DNA of 45,117 bases from Alphaproteobacteria bacterium (lineage in GTDB: Bacteria > Pseudomonadota > Alphaproteobacteria > UBA8366 > JADFVY01): NCBI GenBank assembly GCA_041563955.1, contig JBFGQV010000004.1, positions 1-45,117 of the forward strand. The letters are read 5' to 3'. Positions 1 through 8,635 of this stretch are shown here, one piece after another (the first letter of the stretch is position 1; each line of letters starts with the position of its first letter). The notes under the pieces are model-generated. The model was not told where the DNA came from, did not search any database, and was given only the letters and a program-made list of their open reading frames with translations. Made by a program: the position numbers and the translations under genes.

Positions 1-61
1 CCGCGAGAACATTTGCCCTCGCGGCGCGCCCCGACTTGTCGGCCGGATCAGACCGGTCGGA

Positions 62-1675
62 TCAGCGGCGCGGGCCGCGTCCGCCGTTCCGCCAGCGACC
101 GTTCGCCATTTGGGTCTGCGGCGGCATCACCTCGAAGACGCTGACCACGCCGCTGCCTTCATTGGCCGCGTAGACGAACAGCGAACCGTTCCTGTCGAGG
201 AAGGCGATGCCCTCCGGCGCCTGGCTGCCCAGCGCGGTGCCGGGATTGACCAGGGCTACGTCTTCGACCAAAGGATTCGCCGGGTCCGCCAGCGAAACCA
301 GCGCAACCGAATCGGCCCGCTCCAGTCCGACGGCGGCATACGGCACGCCGAAATACCGGAACGTCACGAGATTCTCCGGCTCCGAACCCTTGCTGTCGCT
401 GCGGCCGTCCGGGTAGACGCCGGCAAGGAATGCGGCGGCATCGATCTGGTTGCCGGTATCGCCCAGCAGATTGCCGGTCTGCGCGTCGAACACGCTGATC
501 GTGCGGCCACCGGCGGTCGGCAGGCCGGCCGGGGTCTTCGATGCCTTGGGATCGGTGTCGCCCTCATCGGCGGTGACGAAGAACCGGCCGTCCGGGCTCA
601 TCGCGATCCCGTCCGGCTCACGAAGCGCGAAGAGCGCATCTCGTTCGAACACCACAACGCCGTCTTCCCAGATATCGGCGTCGTGCGTCGTGGTCCCGAG
701 ACCGAAGTAGCCGAGAAGCGTGCGCGCCACGACGTCGATCACCGCAACGCCGTTGTTTTCCTGCATGACCACATAGGCGTAGCGGCCGTCCCTTGAGAAC
801 GCGCTCAGCTCCGGCTCGAGGAATCGCGGCGAGTTGTCGAGCAACGGGATCATCACCAGCTCGCCGGCTTCCTCGTTCCCCCACACCTCGTGGCCGTCGA
901 TATAGCCGGCCAGGAATTTGCGATCCTCGATGATGCGGTTTCCGTCCTCATCGAAGCCGCCCACGCCGTCCTCGAACTCGTCGGCGATCTGGCCGTCGCC
1001 GTTCAGGTCGACACCGCGCTCCAGAAACCGTTCGTCCAAGGCCCGCGCCGGATCGGTGAAGTTCACGAAGCCCGGGACCCCGTCGGCGCTGGTCAGCGGA
1101 ACGAGCGTCGCCGTGGCGTTTTCGGGACCTTCGCGCAGATCGACGACGGTGACGCTGCCGTCCGGGGAGTCAAACTCCCGGGTGACGGCGTCAAAGCTGA
1201 ACGATTCCGCTTCGTTCGCCACCACCGCGTAGCGGCCGAACCGATCGAATGCGACAGCATCGGGTTCGGAGCCCGCCGGAAGGACCCTCAGCAGCTCTCC
1301 GTCGTCGGCCTCACGAATCTCGATACGGCCGTTGCGGGTCGTCCCGTCGGCCTCGATAACGACGATGAAGTAATCCTCTTCGGGATGGAACGCGACGGAC
1401 GTGACCCCCTCATCGGGGCCGAGACCCAATCGGACGATGCTTACCGCGGTCGGCGTGGCCGGTACGCTCAGATCGAGAATGGTAACGGTGCCTTCCGCGG
1501 AGTTCGTCACCGCGGCGCGGGCGCTCTCGGACTGTACGCTGATCACTTCCGTGCCTTCGCCGACTCCGCTGTCCCAATGGCCGACCAGATTCAGGCTTGC
1601 GTCGGCGAGAGCGGACGAACCTGACGCCATGATAAGCGCCAACCCCGCACAGACTGTTGGGCTAATATTCCTCAT
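62..1675 (-). CDS. Secreted choice-of-anchor I family beta-propeller protein (often annotated alkaline-phosphatase-associated)
   Basis: N-terminal signal peptide; motifs EPDAVAF, ANEAE, EPDGIA, TADEGD, GRSDSKGSEPE, VGLERAD, APEGIAF. ATG at 1675 follows GGAG (ORF track starts at TTG 1687). Confidence 0.75.
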   Translation of the reverse strand: MRNISPTVCAGLALIMASGSSALADASLNLVGHWDSGVGEGTEVISVQSESARAAVTNSAEGTVTILDLSVPATPTAVSIVRLGLGPDEGVTSVAFHPEEDYFIVVIEADGTTRNGRIEIREADDGELLRVLPAGSEPDAVAFDRFGRYAVVANEAESFSFDAVTREFDSPDGSVTVVDLREGPENATATLVPLTSADGVPGFVNFTDPARALDERFLERGVDLNGDGQIADEFEDGVGGFDEDGNRIIEDRKFLAGYIDGHEVWGNEEAGELVMIPLLDNSPRFLEPELSAFSRDGRYAYVVMQENNGVAVIDVVARTLLGYFGLGTTTHDADIWEDGVVVFERDALFALREPDGIAMSPDGRFFVTADEGDTDPKASKTPAGLPTAGGRTISVFDAQTGNLLGDTGNQIDAAAFLAGVYPDGRSDSKGSEPENLVTFRYFGVPYAAVGLERADSVALVSLADPANPLVEDVALVNPGTALGSQAPEGIAFLDRNGSLFVYAANEGSGVVSVFEVMPPQTQMANGRWRNGGRGPRR

Positions 1676-1790
1676 CACTGTCTCCAATTCTTCCTTTTAT
1701 TGCCAATACGTCTTTGTAAATCGAAAGTTTCTTGGCTGATCTCCCCTCTTGTTCTCCCCAATTGCTCACCGGTGCGCGGCCATGCCGGGT

Positions 1791-3497
1791 CTAGCCCGCC
1801 AGCTGGCCGCGGACACCGTCACCCGAATCCTTTGCGGCGGTGGCCGCCGCGTTGAGCCGCAATCCCTCGAGGAACGCCTCGATCTCCTTGTTCAACAGCT
1901 CCGACTGACCGGAAAGGCTCTGCGCCGCCTCGAGCACCTGGGCCGCCGAGGCGCCGGTCTCGCCGGCGACCTGGCGGACTTCCTCGATGTTCTTCGACAC
2001 CACCTGGGTTCCGGCCGCCGCTTCCTGCACACTGCGGGCGATTTCCTGCGTCGAGGAATCCTGCTGCTCGATCGCCGCCGCAATCGCCGCCGAGTTGTCG
2101 CTGATCCGCTGGATGATGGAGAGGATGCCTTGCGTTGCATCGACGGTCTTGCCCGTCGCCCCCTGGACTTCCTCGACCTGCATGGCGATCTCGCCGGTCG
2201 CGTTCGCCGTCTGCTTGGCAAGGTTCTTGACCTCCTGGGCGACAACCGCGAAGCCCTTGCCGGCCTCGCCGGCGCGCGCCGCCTCGATCGTCGCGTTGAG
2301 CGCCAGCAGGTTGATCTTGCTCGCGATCCTGTTGATCAGATCGACGATCTGGCTGATCTTGTCCGCGGCCCGCGCGAGATCCTGCACGGTGACATCGATG
2401 TCTTCGGCCGCCTTCGCAGCGTTTGAGGCCACTTTGCTGGAGTCCATGATCTGGCGGTTGATTTCCCGGACCGAACACGACAGCTGTTCGGTCGCGGTCG
2501 CCGCCGTCTGGACGTTCATCGACGATTCCTCCGAGGCGGTGGCCACGGCCGTCGATTGCCGGTTGTTGTGGTCGGCATTGGTCGACATCGACCTGGCGGT
2601 TTCCTGCAGCTGCGTCGATGCGGTCGAAACGCTGGTCACGATCGCCTTCACGCTGGCATCGAAATGCCGCGCCAGGCGCTCCATGGTCCGGCGTTTCTCC
2701 TCGCGTAACTCCTCCTCGATCTGCTCCTGCTCGGCCTCGATTCGCTCCTTGTCGGCAATGGCGTCGCGGAATACGCGGACGACATGGGCCATCTGGGCGA
2801 TCTCGTTTTCCTGCGTGTGGTCGCCGAGCGAGACATCCCCGTGGGCGCGCGCCAGCTCGACAAGCTGGGTGATGATCCGGGCCAAAGGTGCGCTGACCAG
2901 CCTCTGGAACAGGACGACGAGAAACACGATCGACCCGAGCAGGATCGCCAGGGACAACAGCGAAGACGTGTGCCACGACGCGGTCAGGTCGGCCTCGATG
3001 GGCCGCATGTCCCAGAATATCAAGACGTGCCCGGCCGGCACGATCTTGTTGTACTTGGCCTGGTAATAAACAGAAGGCGCGGAGACGACCGCGACGTCGT
3101 CGGCCATCCGGTGTTGCGCCTGTTCCGAGCGGACGATGGGATCGGCGGCGAGGTTGTCGGGCAGTACCTCAGCCGTTTCGTCGCGTCGCCATTCGTAGAC
3201 CGTCTCACCGGCCTTGTTGACCGCGACGATGGCGAGCAGATCGCTGACGTCGTTGAGGGCCAGCGTTTCGTGAACCTGGTTGAACACCGGCGTCCGGCGC
3301 CAGCGCAACGCTCCAGACATGGCGGAGGCGATCAGTCCCGTCTGCACCTTCTTGTTCTCGACGATCCGCCCGATGGCGTTCGACCGCTCGTGTGCGACCT
3401 GAACGGCGATCAGGATCGCGAACGAAAGAGCGAAGATTCCCGCCACAATGGAGGTCGCCCGCCCCTGAAAGCTCTTTGTCCAACGTCTCATTATCAT
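1791..3497 (-). CDS. Methyl-accepting chemotaxis protein
   Basis: TM-periplasmic domain-TM-HAMP layout and the signature [30 protein letters not shown]. Confidence 0.95.
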   Translation of the reverse strand: MIMRRWTKSFQGRATSIVAGIFALSFAILIAVQVAHERSNAIGRIVENKKVQTGLIASAMSGALRWRRTPVFNQVHETLALNDVSDLLAIVAVNKAGETVYEWRRDETAEVLPDNLAADPIVRSEQAQHRMADDVAVVSAPSVYYQAKYNKIVPAGHVLIFWDMRPIEADLTASWHTSSLLSLAILLGSIVFLVVLFQRLVSAPLARIITQLVELARAHGDVSLGDHTQENEIAQMAHVVRVFRDAIADKERIEAEQEQIEEELREEKRRTMERLARHFDASVKAIVTSVSTASTQLQETARSMSTNADHNNRQSTAVATASEESSMNVQTAATATEQLSCSVREINRQIMDSSKVASNAAKAAEDIDVTVQDLARAADKISQIVDLINRIASKINLLALNATIEAARAGEAGKGFAVVAQEVKNLAKQTANATGEIAMQVEEVQGATGKTVDATQGILSIIQRISDNSAAIAAAIEQQDSSTQEIARSVQEAAAGTQVVSKNIEEVRQVAGETGASAAQVLEAAQSLSGQSELLNKEIEAFLEGLRLNAAATAAKDSGDGVRGQLAG

Positions 3498-3713
3498 TAT
3501 CCAAACCTCTCGCTAGACAGCTCCGGCCACGTGCTCGCCGACAGCATCGATTCGCGCAGATGGTCTTGGGTTGATGCCCGCCATGTCTCGGTTTTCCGCA
3601 CCGACGCCTCTTTTTCTGCATGGGATTCGCATTCCGGGCCTCTTCGCGCGGGGCACGTCCGCTGCGTCGCGAACCCCGGCAGGCCGGGGCCGCGACGACA
3701 GCGAACAACCCAA

Positions 3714-4286
3714 TTAGAGGGCGTCAACGTTGAAGCCGACCGTCACGGCGCCGATCGCCTTGCCGGTGGCCGGATCCTTGACCGTGAAATTGGCCTGCGA
3801 CTGCATCGACTGCGTCGAGTTGTCGAACTCCACGACGTCGACGAACATGGCGTCCGGGCCGATCAGGAAGGTCTTGGTGAACTTGATCTCTTCGCCTTGC
3901 CAGATGTCGGAATTCGGGGTGGATTGCGCGATGCTGAGGCCCATCGCGTCGATCACGCCGATCTCGTTCACCTTGTTGCCGGAAGCTTCGATGACCTTGC
4001 GCATGCGCTCGGCCAACTCATTTTCGACGACGCTCTCGATAAGCGGGCGGTTGGAGCTGTCGATCTCCTTCTGCCAGGTGGCCTCGAGCTTGTCGATGTC
4101 CGACTGGGTCATGTTGCTCCGCCTGGCGTTCGAGGCGCGCAGGGCTGCGATCAGATCGTCCTGCACGATCATCGAGATGATCTCGGGCATGGCGTTCTTG
4201 ATCGGTGTCTCATGGGAGTCTGCAATCGCGGGGGTTCCCGAAAACGCTATGAGGCCCGCCGCAATAAGTGTAGTGGCGCGTAGCAT
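3714..4286 (-). CDS. Stand-alone periplasmic PDC/Cache-like sensor-domain protein
   Basis: Signal peptide ending PAIA-DS; EIGVIDAMGLSIAQS...SDIWQGEEIKF...KAIGAVTVG resembles PDC folds; no output domain; RBS GAGG. Confidence 0.7.
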   Translation of the reverse strand: MLRATTLIAAGLIAFSGTPAIADSHETPIKNAMPEIISMIVQDDLIAALRASNARRSNMTQSDIDKLEATWQKEIDSSNRPLIESVVENELAERMRKVIEASGNKVNEIGVIDAMGLSIAQSTPNSDIWQGEEIKFTKTFLIGPDAMFVDVVEFDNSTQSMQSQANFTVKDPATGKAIGAVTVGFNVDAL

Positions 4287-4350
4287 ACCATCCTCTTCCT
4301 TAGCAGTTTCACAGTGCTCGAATTTCCACCGCAGATTGCCTTGAAATCTC

Positions 4351-4365
4351 TTAACAAAGCGTTGA
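4351..4365. promoter_or_regulatory. Possible CtrA box (TTAA-N7-TTGA, one mismatch)
   Basis: TTAACAAAGCGTTGA in the AT-rich region about 65 bp upstream of the PDC-MCP pair; consensus is TTAA-N7-TTAA. Confidence 0.35.
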
Positions 4366-4763
4366 TCGAAGACGAAAGTCCGCAGGTATTTATTTTACAA
4401 TACGTTATACATTTTCTACCATTCGGTCCTATCGCAACGGATGTGTAAGTTTAGTAAAATTGCGCAAACGGTTTACAGATTGAACTCGCTGCATTTTTAC
4501 CGTGAAAATTGTATTAATGCCGATCTGTCGGGGCGGCGGACGGCGTCGGAACATGGGCGTCAGGCGGCGGTTACCGGCCATGCCGGCACAGGATGTTCGC
4601 GCCCCGAAGACCCGGCATGGGAGGGGCGTCTGGCACCTCGGCGGGCGTGGGCGGCAAGCGATCGAAGGTCCCTTTCCGAAGTGGACGCAACCGGCACGGC
4701 AACGCGACGGACGACGCAACCGCCGGGCCGATTCCCCGTCCCGCGTCGTGTCGCCGCAGCGAG

Positions 4764-6035
4764 CTAGCCGAAAATGTCGGCGGTGATGCCGGCGTACCAG
4801 GCCTCGCCGTCGCGCGCGGCGGCGGCCCGGGTTGCGTCGCTCTCTCCCAGCGGGCTGATTGCAAGCTCGATGCGCTGCAGGGCGCCGCCGACGACGGCAA
4901 AGGCGGCCCGTTCGTGCACCGCGTGATCCGGGGCGACGTGGCTCCAGCACGCGCCGCCCAGCACGCCGGCGCCCGCCTTCTCGCCGGACAGCGCCTCGAG
5001 AATCGCATGCGCGCAGGATTCCGCCTGCTGGTGTGCGGCATAGGCCGCCTTGGGCATCGGCGAGGCCTGCGCGGCGTCGCCGATCACGTGGATGCCGGGT
5101 TGGTGGGTGGACTCGAATGTCAGGGGATCGACCGGGCACCAGCCGCGTCTGTCGGCGAGCCCCGACTGCATGGCGATGCGCCCGGCCATCTGCGGCGGGA
5201 TGACGTTGGCGACGGCGACCGCGAATTCCTCGTCCTCGGCCATGACCGTCATCGTCCCCGGATCGACGCCCCTGATGCCGCCGGCGAAGTCGGCCGGCAG
5301 AACTTCGATCATGCCGGGGTAGAATCGCGTCCAGGCCTCCTGGAACAGGTCCTGGAGCGGAAACTCGTTCTTGGCGTCGAGGACGATGATCCTGGATTTC
5401 GGCTTCTCGCGCTTGAAGTAATGCGCGACCAGCGAGGCCCGTTCGTACGGTGCTGTCGGGCAGCGATAGGGCATGTCGGGCGGGGCGATCAGGAACGTGC
5501 CGCCGTCGTCCATCGCTGCCAGCTGTCGGCGCAGCAGCTCCGTCTGCGCGCCGGCCTGCCAGGCATGCGGCATGAGCTCCGCCGCCTCGAGGCCGTAGCC
5601 GTCGATCGCATCCCACCGGAAATCGATGCCGGGGGCGACGATGAGGCGGTCCCAGGAGAGCACGTCGCCGCCGGCAAGGCGCACCGTCCGCGCGGCCGGA
5701 TCGATCGCCACCGCCACCTGGTGCATGAGCTTGACGCCGTAACGTTCCGACAGGACATCGTAGCTGTGGGTCAGCGACTCCAGCGTGCGCAGCCCGCCGA
5801 TGTAAAGGTTCGAGAAGAAGCAGGTCACGTAGCTCGTCTTGGGCTCGACGAGGGTGACGTCCAGCCCCTCGCCCGACGCCGCCAGAATTCGCGCCGCCGT
5901 CGCCCCGCCGGCGCCGCCGCCGATGACCACGACGCGGCCGCCGGCGGCGCGCGCGTCGCGCCGCCACAGATAGGGGGCGGCGATCAGCGCCGCACCGGTC
6001 GTCTTGAGGAAATGTCGCCGTCGCGTCGCTGCCAT
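4764..6035 (-). CDS. fccB: Flavocytochrome c sulfide dehydrogenase flavoprotein subunit (FccB/SoxF-like)
   Basis: Tat signal TRRRHFLK; GGGAGG FAD motif; YVTCFFSN (covalent-FAD Cys); catalytic Cys pair in YRCPTAPYER and GACWS; MPKAAYAA. Confidence 0.88.
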   Translation of the reverse strand: MAATRRRHFLKTTGAALIAAPYLWRRDARAAGGRVVVIGGGAGGATAARILAASGEGLDVTLVEPKTSYVTCFFSNLYIGGLRTLESLTHSYDVLSERYGVKLMHQVAVAIDPAARTVRLAGGDVLSWDRLIVAPGIDFRWDAIDGYGLEAAELMPHAWQAGAQTELLRRQLAAMDDGGTFLIAPPDMPYRCPTAPYERASLVAHYFKREKPKSRIIVLDAKNEFPLQDLFQEAWTRFYPGMIEVLPADFAGGIRGVDPGTMTVMAEDEEFAVAVANVIPPQMAGRIAMQSGLADRRGWCPVDPLTFESTHQPGIHVIGDAAQASPMPKAAYAAHQQAESCAHAILEALSGEKAGAGVLGGACWSHVAPDHAVHERAAFAVVGGALQRIELAISPLGESDATRAAAARDGEAWYAGITADIFG

Positions 6036-6125
6036 GGTATGCCATCCATCGCGCCGGAGGTTGGTCCCGCCCGATCGCCACTTTACCTTCGAAATTCCGC
6101 TCGCGTAAATCCGCCGGCCGCGGCC

Positions 6126-6821
6126 TCAGGCGGCGCGCGTGGCGCCCGGGGTGGCGGCGAGACCGCCGGCGGCGGCCGCCCCGATGATCTCCCAGCCGCG
6201 CGCGCGCGCTTCGCGGGCGAGGCCCCGGTCGGGACGCACCGCGACCGGCCGCGCGACCCGGGTCAGCAGCGCCAGGTCGTGAATCGAATCCGCATAGGCG
6301 GCTGCCGCAGCCAGCTCGGCGCCGTGCCGGGCGCAGAGGGCGGCCGCCGCGGCCGATTTCTCATCTCCCAGCGGGTGGCGGACCGGCGGCGCCGGCGCGA
6401 ACCGGCCTGCGCGCAGCGCGTAGCGCGCGCCCTGCCAGCCGTCGGCTTCGATCCGCTCGGCCAGCGGCTTGGCGAGGAAATCCGGGGTGCCGGTCAGCAG
6501 CAGGATCAAGTCCCCGGCACGGCGATGCTCGTCCAGGCGCTGCAACACGACGCGATCGAGCAGGGGGCCGAGCTGGCGGTCGGCGAATTCGCGCGCGCGG
6601 GCGGCGACATCGTCGAGCGCGAGGCCAGCCAGATAGGCCTTGTTCTTGCGCAGGGCGTGGCGCCCGTGGCGCGGCCCGTGCACGAGCAGGAACCAGCCGG
6701 CCGCGACCGCCTGCCGCACGCCGATCGCACCTGTCCTGACGAGATGCCTGAAAAACAGGGCTTCGCTGCTGTGCGGCCCGGTCAGCAGTGTGCCGTCGAC
6801 GTCGAAAATAGCTGCGTTCAC
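6126..6821 (-). CDS. HAD-IB family phosphatase (SerB/PGP-phosphatase-like)
   Basis: FDVDGTL motif I, LLTGT, EK, YADSIHD. GTG start overlaps the upstream TGA (GTGA). The 5' extension in the ORF track is spurious. Confidence 0.85.
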   Translation of the reverse strand: MNAAIFDVDGTLLTGPHSSEALFFRHLVRTGAIGVRQAVAAGWFLLVHGPRHGRHALRKNKAYLAGLALDDVAARAREFADRQLGPLLDRVVLQRLDEHRRAGDLILLLTGTPDFLAKPLAERIEADGWQGARYALRAGRFAPAPPVRHPLGDEKSAAAAALCARHGAELAAAAAYADSIHDLALLTRVARPVAVRPDRGLAREARARGWEIIGAAAAGGLAATPGATRAA

Positions 6822-7468
6822 TCCGCCGCCTCTTGATAGGTCGAATCGACGGCCGGCCCCGCTCCGGGAGCCGGCCCTCTCCTCAGGAACTCTACCACAA
6901 CAGGCACGCCGCGGACGAGGCACAATGCCACCGCGACCCACACGAGACCGGTCAGGACCAGCGCGGCCGGGCCGGCCGCCGTGCTCCACGGGCCGGGGTA
7001 GAGCACGGGCAGGGGCTGCAGCAGCAGCGCAAGGCCGAAGGTGGCCGCCTTGACCGTGTTGTAGAGGCCCCGCATGAAACGGCTTGCGACGAGGAACCGG
7101 CCCGACGGCGACTGCATCATGTCGAACGGCGCGACGCCGTCGGATGCGGCCGCGGAATTGCGGATGGCGTCGACGAGGTTGCCGCGCACGATGAAGACGA
7201 TGGCGGCCCAGACCGGCAGCAGTCCGATATGGGCCAGGACCACCCACAGCACGGTCTCGACGATGCGGTCGGCGGCGATGTCGAAGGTCGCCCCGAACAG
7301 GGACGACTCGCCGAACGCGCGGGCGGCGTATCCATCGAGGGCGTCCATGGCCATGACGAGCACGAGCAGCGGCGCGTTCCACAGCTGCCAGGCCGGCGGC
7401 GCCCAGTAGATCATGCCCACCAGGACGAAGAGCAATGTCAGACGACCCAGGGTCACCAGATTGGCCAT
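6818..7468 (-). CDS. CDP-alcohol phosphatidyltransferase (PgsA-like), paralog 2
   Basis: ANLVTLGR start; DALDGYAAR...G...FDIAAD signature; multiple TM segments. Confidence 0.9.
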   Translation of the reverse strand: MANLVTLGRLTLLFVLVGMIYWAPPAWQLWNAPLLVLVMAMDALDGYAARAFGESSLFGATFDIAADRIVETVLWVVLAHIGLLPVWAAIVFIVRGNLVDAIRNSAAASDGVAPFDMMQSPSGRFLVASRFMRGLYNTVKAATFGLALLLQPLPVLYPGPWSTAAGPAALVLTGLVWVAVALCLVRGVPVVVEFLRRGPAPGAGPAVDSTYQEAAE

Positions 7469-7611
7469 GCGCGGACTCCGACGGGGGCTCGTAGCACATC
7501 GCCCGGCCGGGCCGGGCGACGCCATCTTCGATGGGCTGCGATACTAGGGGCGTCGGCTCTTGGATTTCGTTAAGAGTCCGCCGGTTTTGTGCGATCCGGG
7601 ATCCGCCGGCG

Positions 7612-8247
7612 TCATTCCGCGCTGCCGGGTGCGCGGCGCAAACCCGCGAACGGATCCTCGCGCTGGAAGAACTCGGCCAGCACCGGAACGCCGCGCAGGA
7701 AATTGACCACCACGGCCAGCCACACGAGGCCGACCAGCACGGCCTCGAACAGCGCCGCCCACTCGGCCCAGAACGCCGGGGCCACCGCCGGCAGCGGCTG
7801 CATCAGCACGGCCCAGCCGAAGGCCGCCACCTTGCTGCCGCACGACATGCCGCGCATGAACTTGCCGACCACCAGCATCCGGCCCCAGCGCGAACGCATC
7901 ATGTCGTAGGGCGCCTGGCCCTCGCCGGCCCCGACCTGCCGGATCGAATCGGTCAGATGGCCGCGCACGATGAAATAGACGGGCACCCACACCGGCACCA
8001 GGCCGAGATGGGCCAGCACCACCCACATCACGCTCTCGACGATGCGGTCGACGGCGATGTCGAACACCGCCCCGAACAGCGTCGATTCGTTGCGGCGGCG
8101 CGCCACGACCCCGTCCAGCCAGTCCAGCAGCACAACCGCCAGCAGCAGCGGCAGGTCCAGAAGCTGCCAGGCCGGCGGCGCGACATACATCATCACCACG
8201 AGGACAAACAGCAGCAGCAGGCGGGCCAGGGTGATCGCGTTCGCCAT
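7612..8247 (-). CDS. CDP-alcohol phosphatidyltransferase (PgsA-like), paralog 1
   Basis: ANAITLAR start; DWLDGVVAR...G...FDIAVD signature; RBS GGAG. Confidence 0.9.
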   Translation of the reverse strand: MANAITLARLLLLFVLVVMMYVAPPAWQLLDLPLLLAVVLLDWLDGVVARRRNESTLFGAVFDIAVDRIVESVMWVVLAHLGLVPVWVPVYFIVRGHLTDSIRQVGAGEGQAPYDMMRSRWGRMLVVGKFMRGMSCGSKVAAFGWAVLMQPLPAVAPAFWAEWAALFEAVLVGLVWLAVVVNFLRGVPVLAEFFQREDPFAGLRRAPGSAE

Positions 8248-8635
8248 TTCGACCGTCTCCGCATCATCGGGAACATCGGGATTCCGGCAACCCGGAAGGG
8301 CTGGGCCAGGGTTTCAGCACGCGGGCCCGCACGGCTCGGCGGACCCCGTCTTAACCAATATTTTAGAGTGCGCATTATAGCCAGAATAAACGGCTTGAGG
8401 AGGGAGAACCTCACATGCAAACGCGGATGTCGCGCGACAGGCACGGCACGGATTCACGGCGCCGGGCGCGCTGCGGCGCGGTCATCGATGGTGGCCGCGA
8501 GACCGCCATCGGGCACCCGGAATCCGCATCCCGCTCGGTTGGAAGATGGGCCGGCGCGGACTGTCCCGATCCGATCGGATGTCGCCGGCGCGCTACCGTC
8601 GGCCTGCCCGATACGCTCAACACGGAACCAGCACG

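Noticed and set aside
8351-8365. TTAA-N7-TTTA CtrA-like box between the lipid genes and Sel1
   Set aside because: One mismatch within an AT-rich spacer and no supporting gene context; could be chance.
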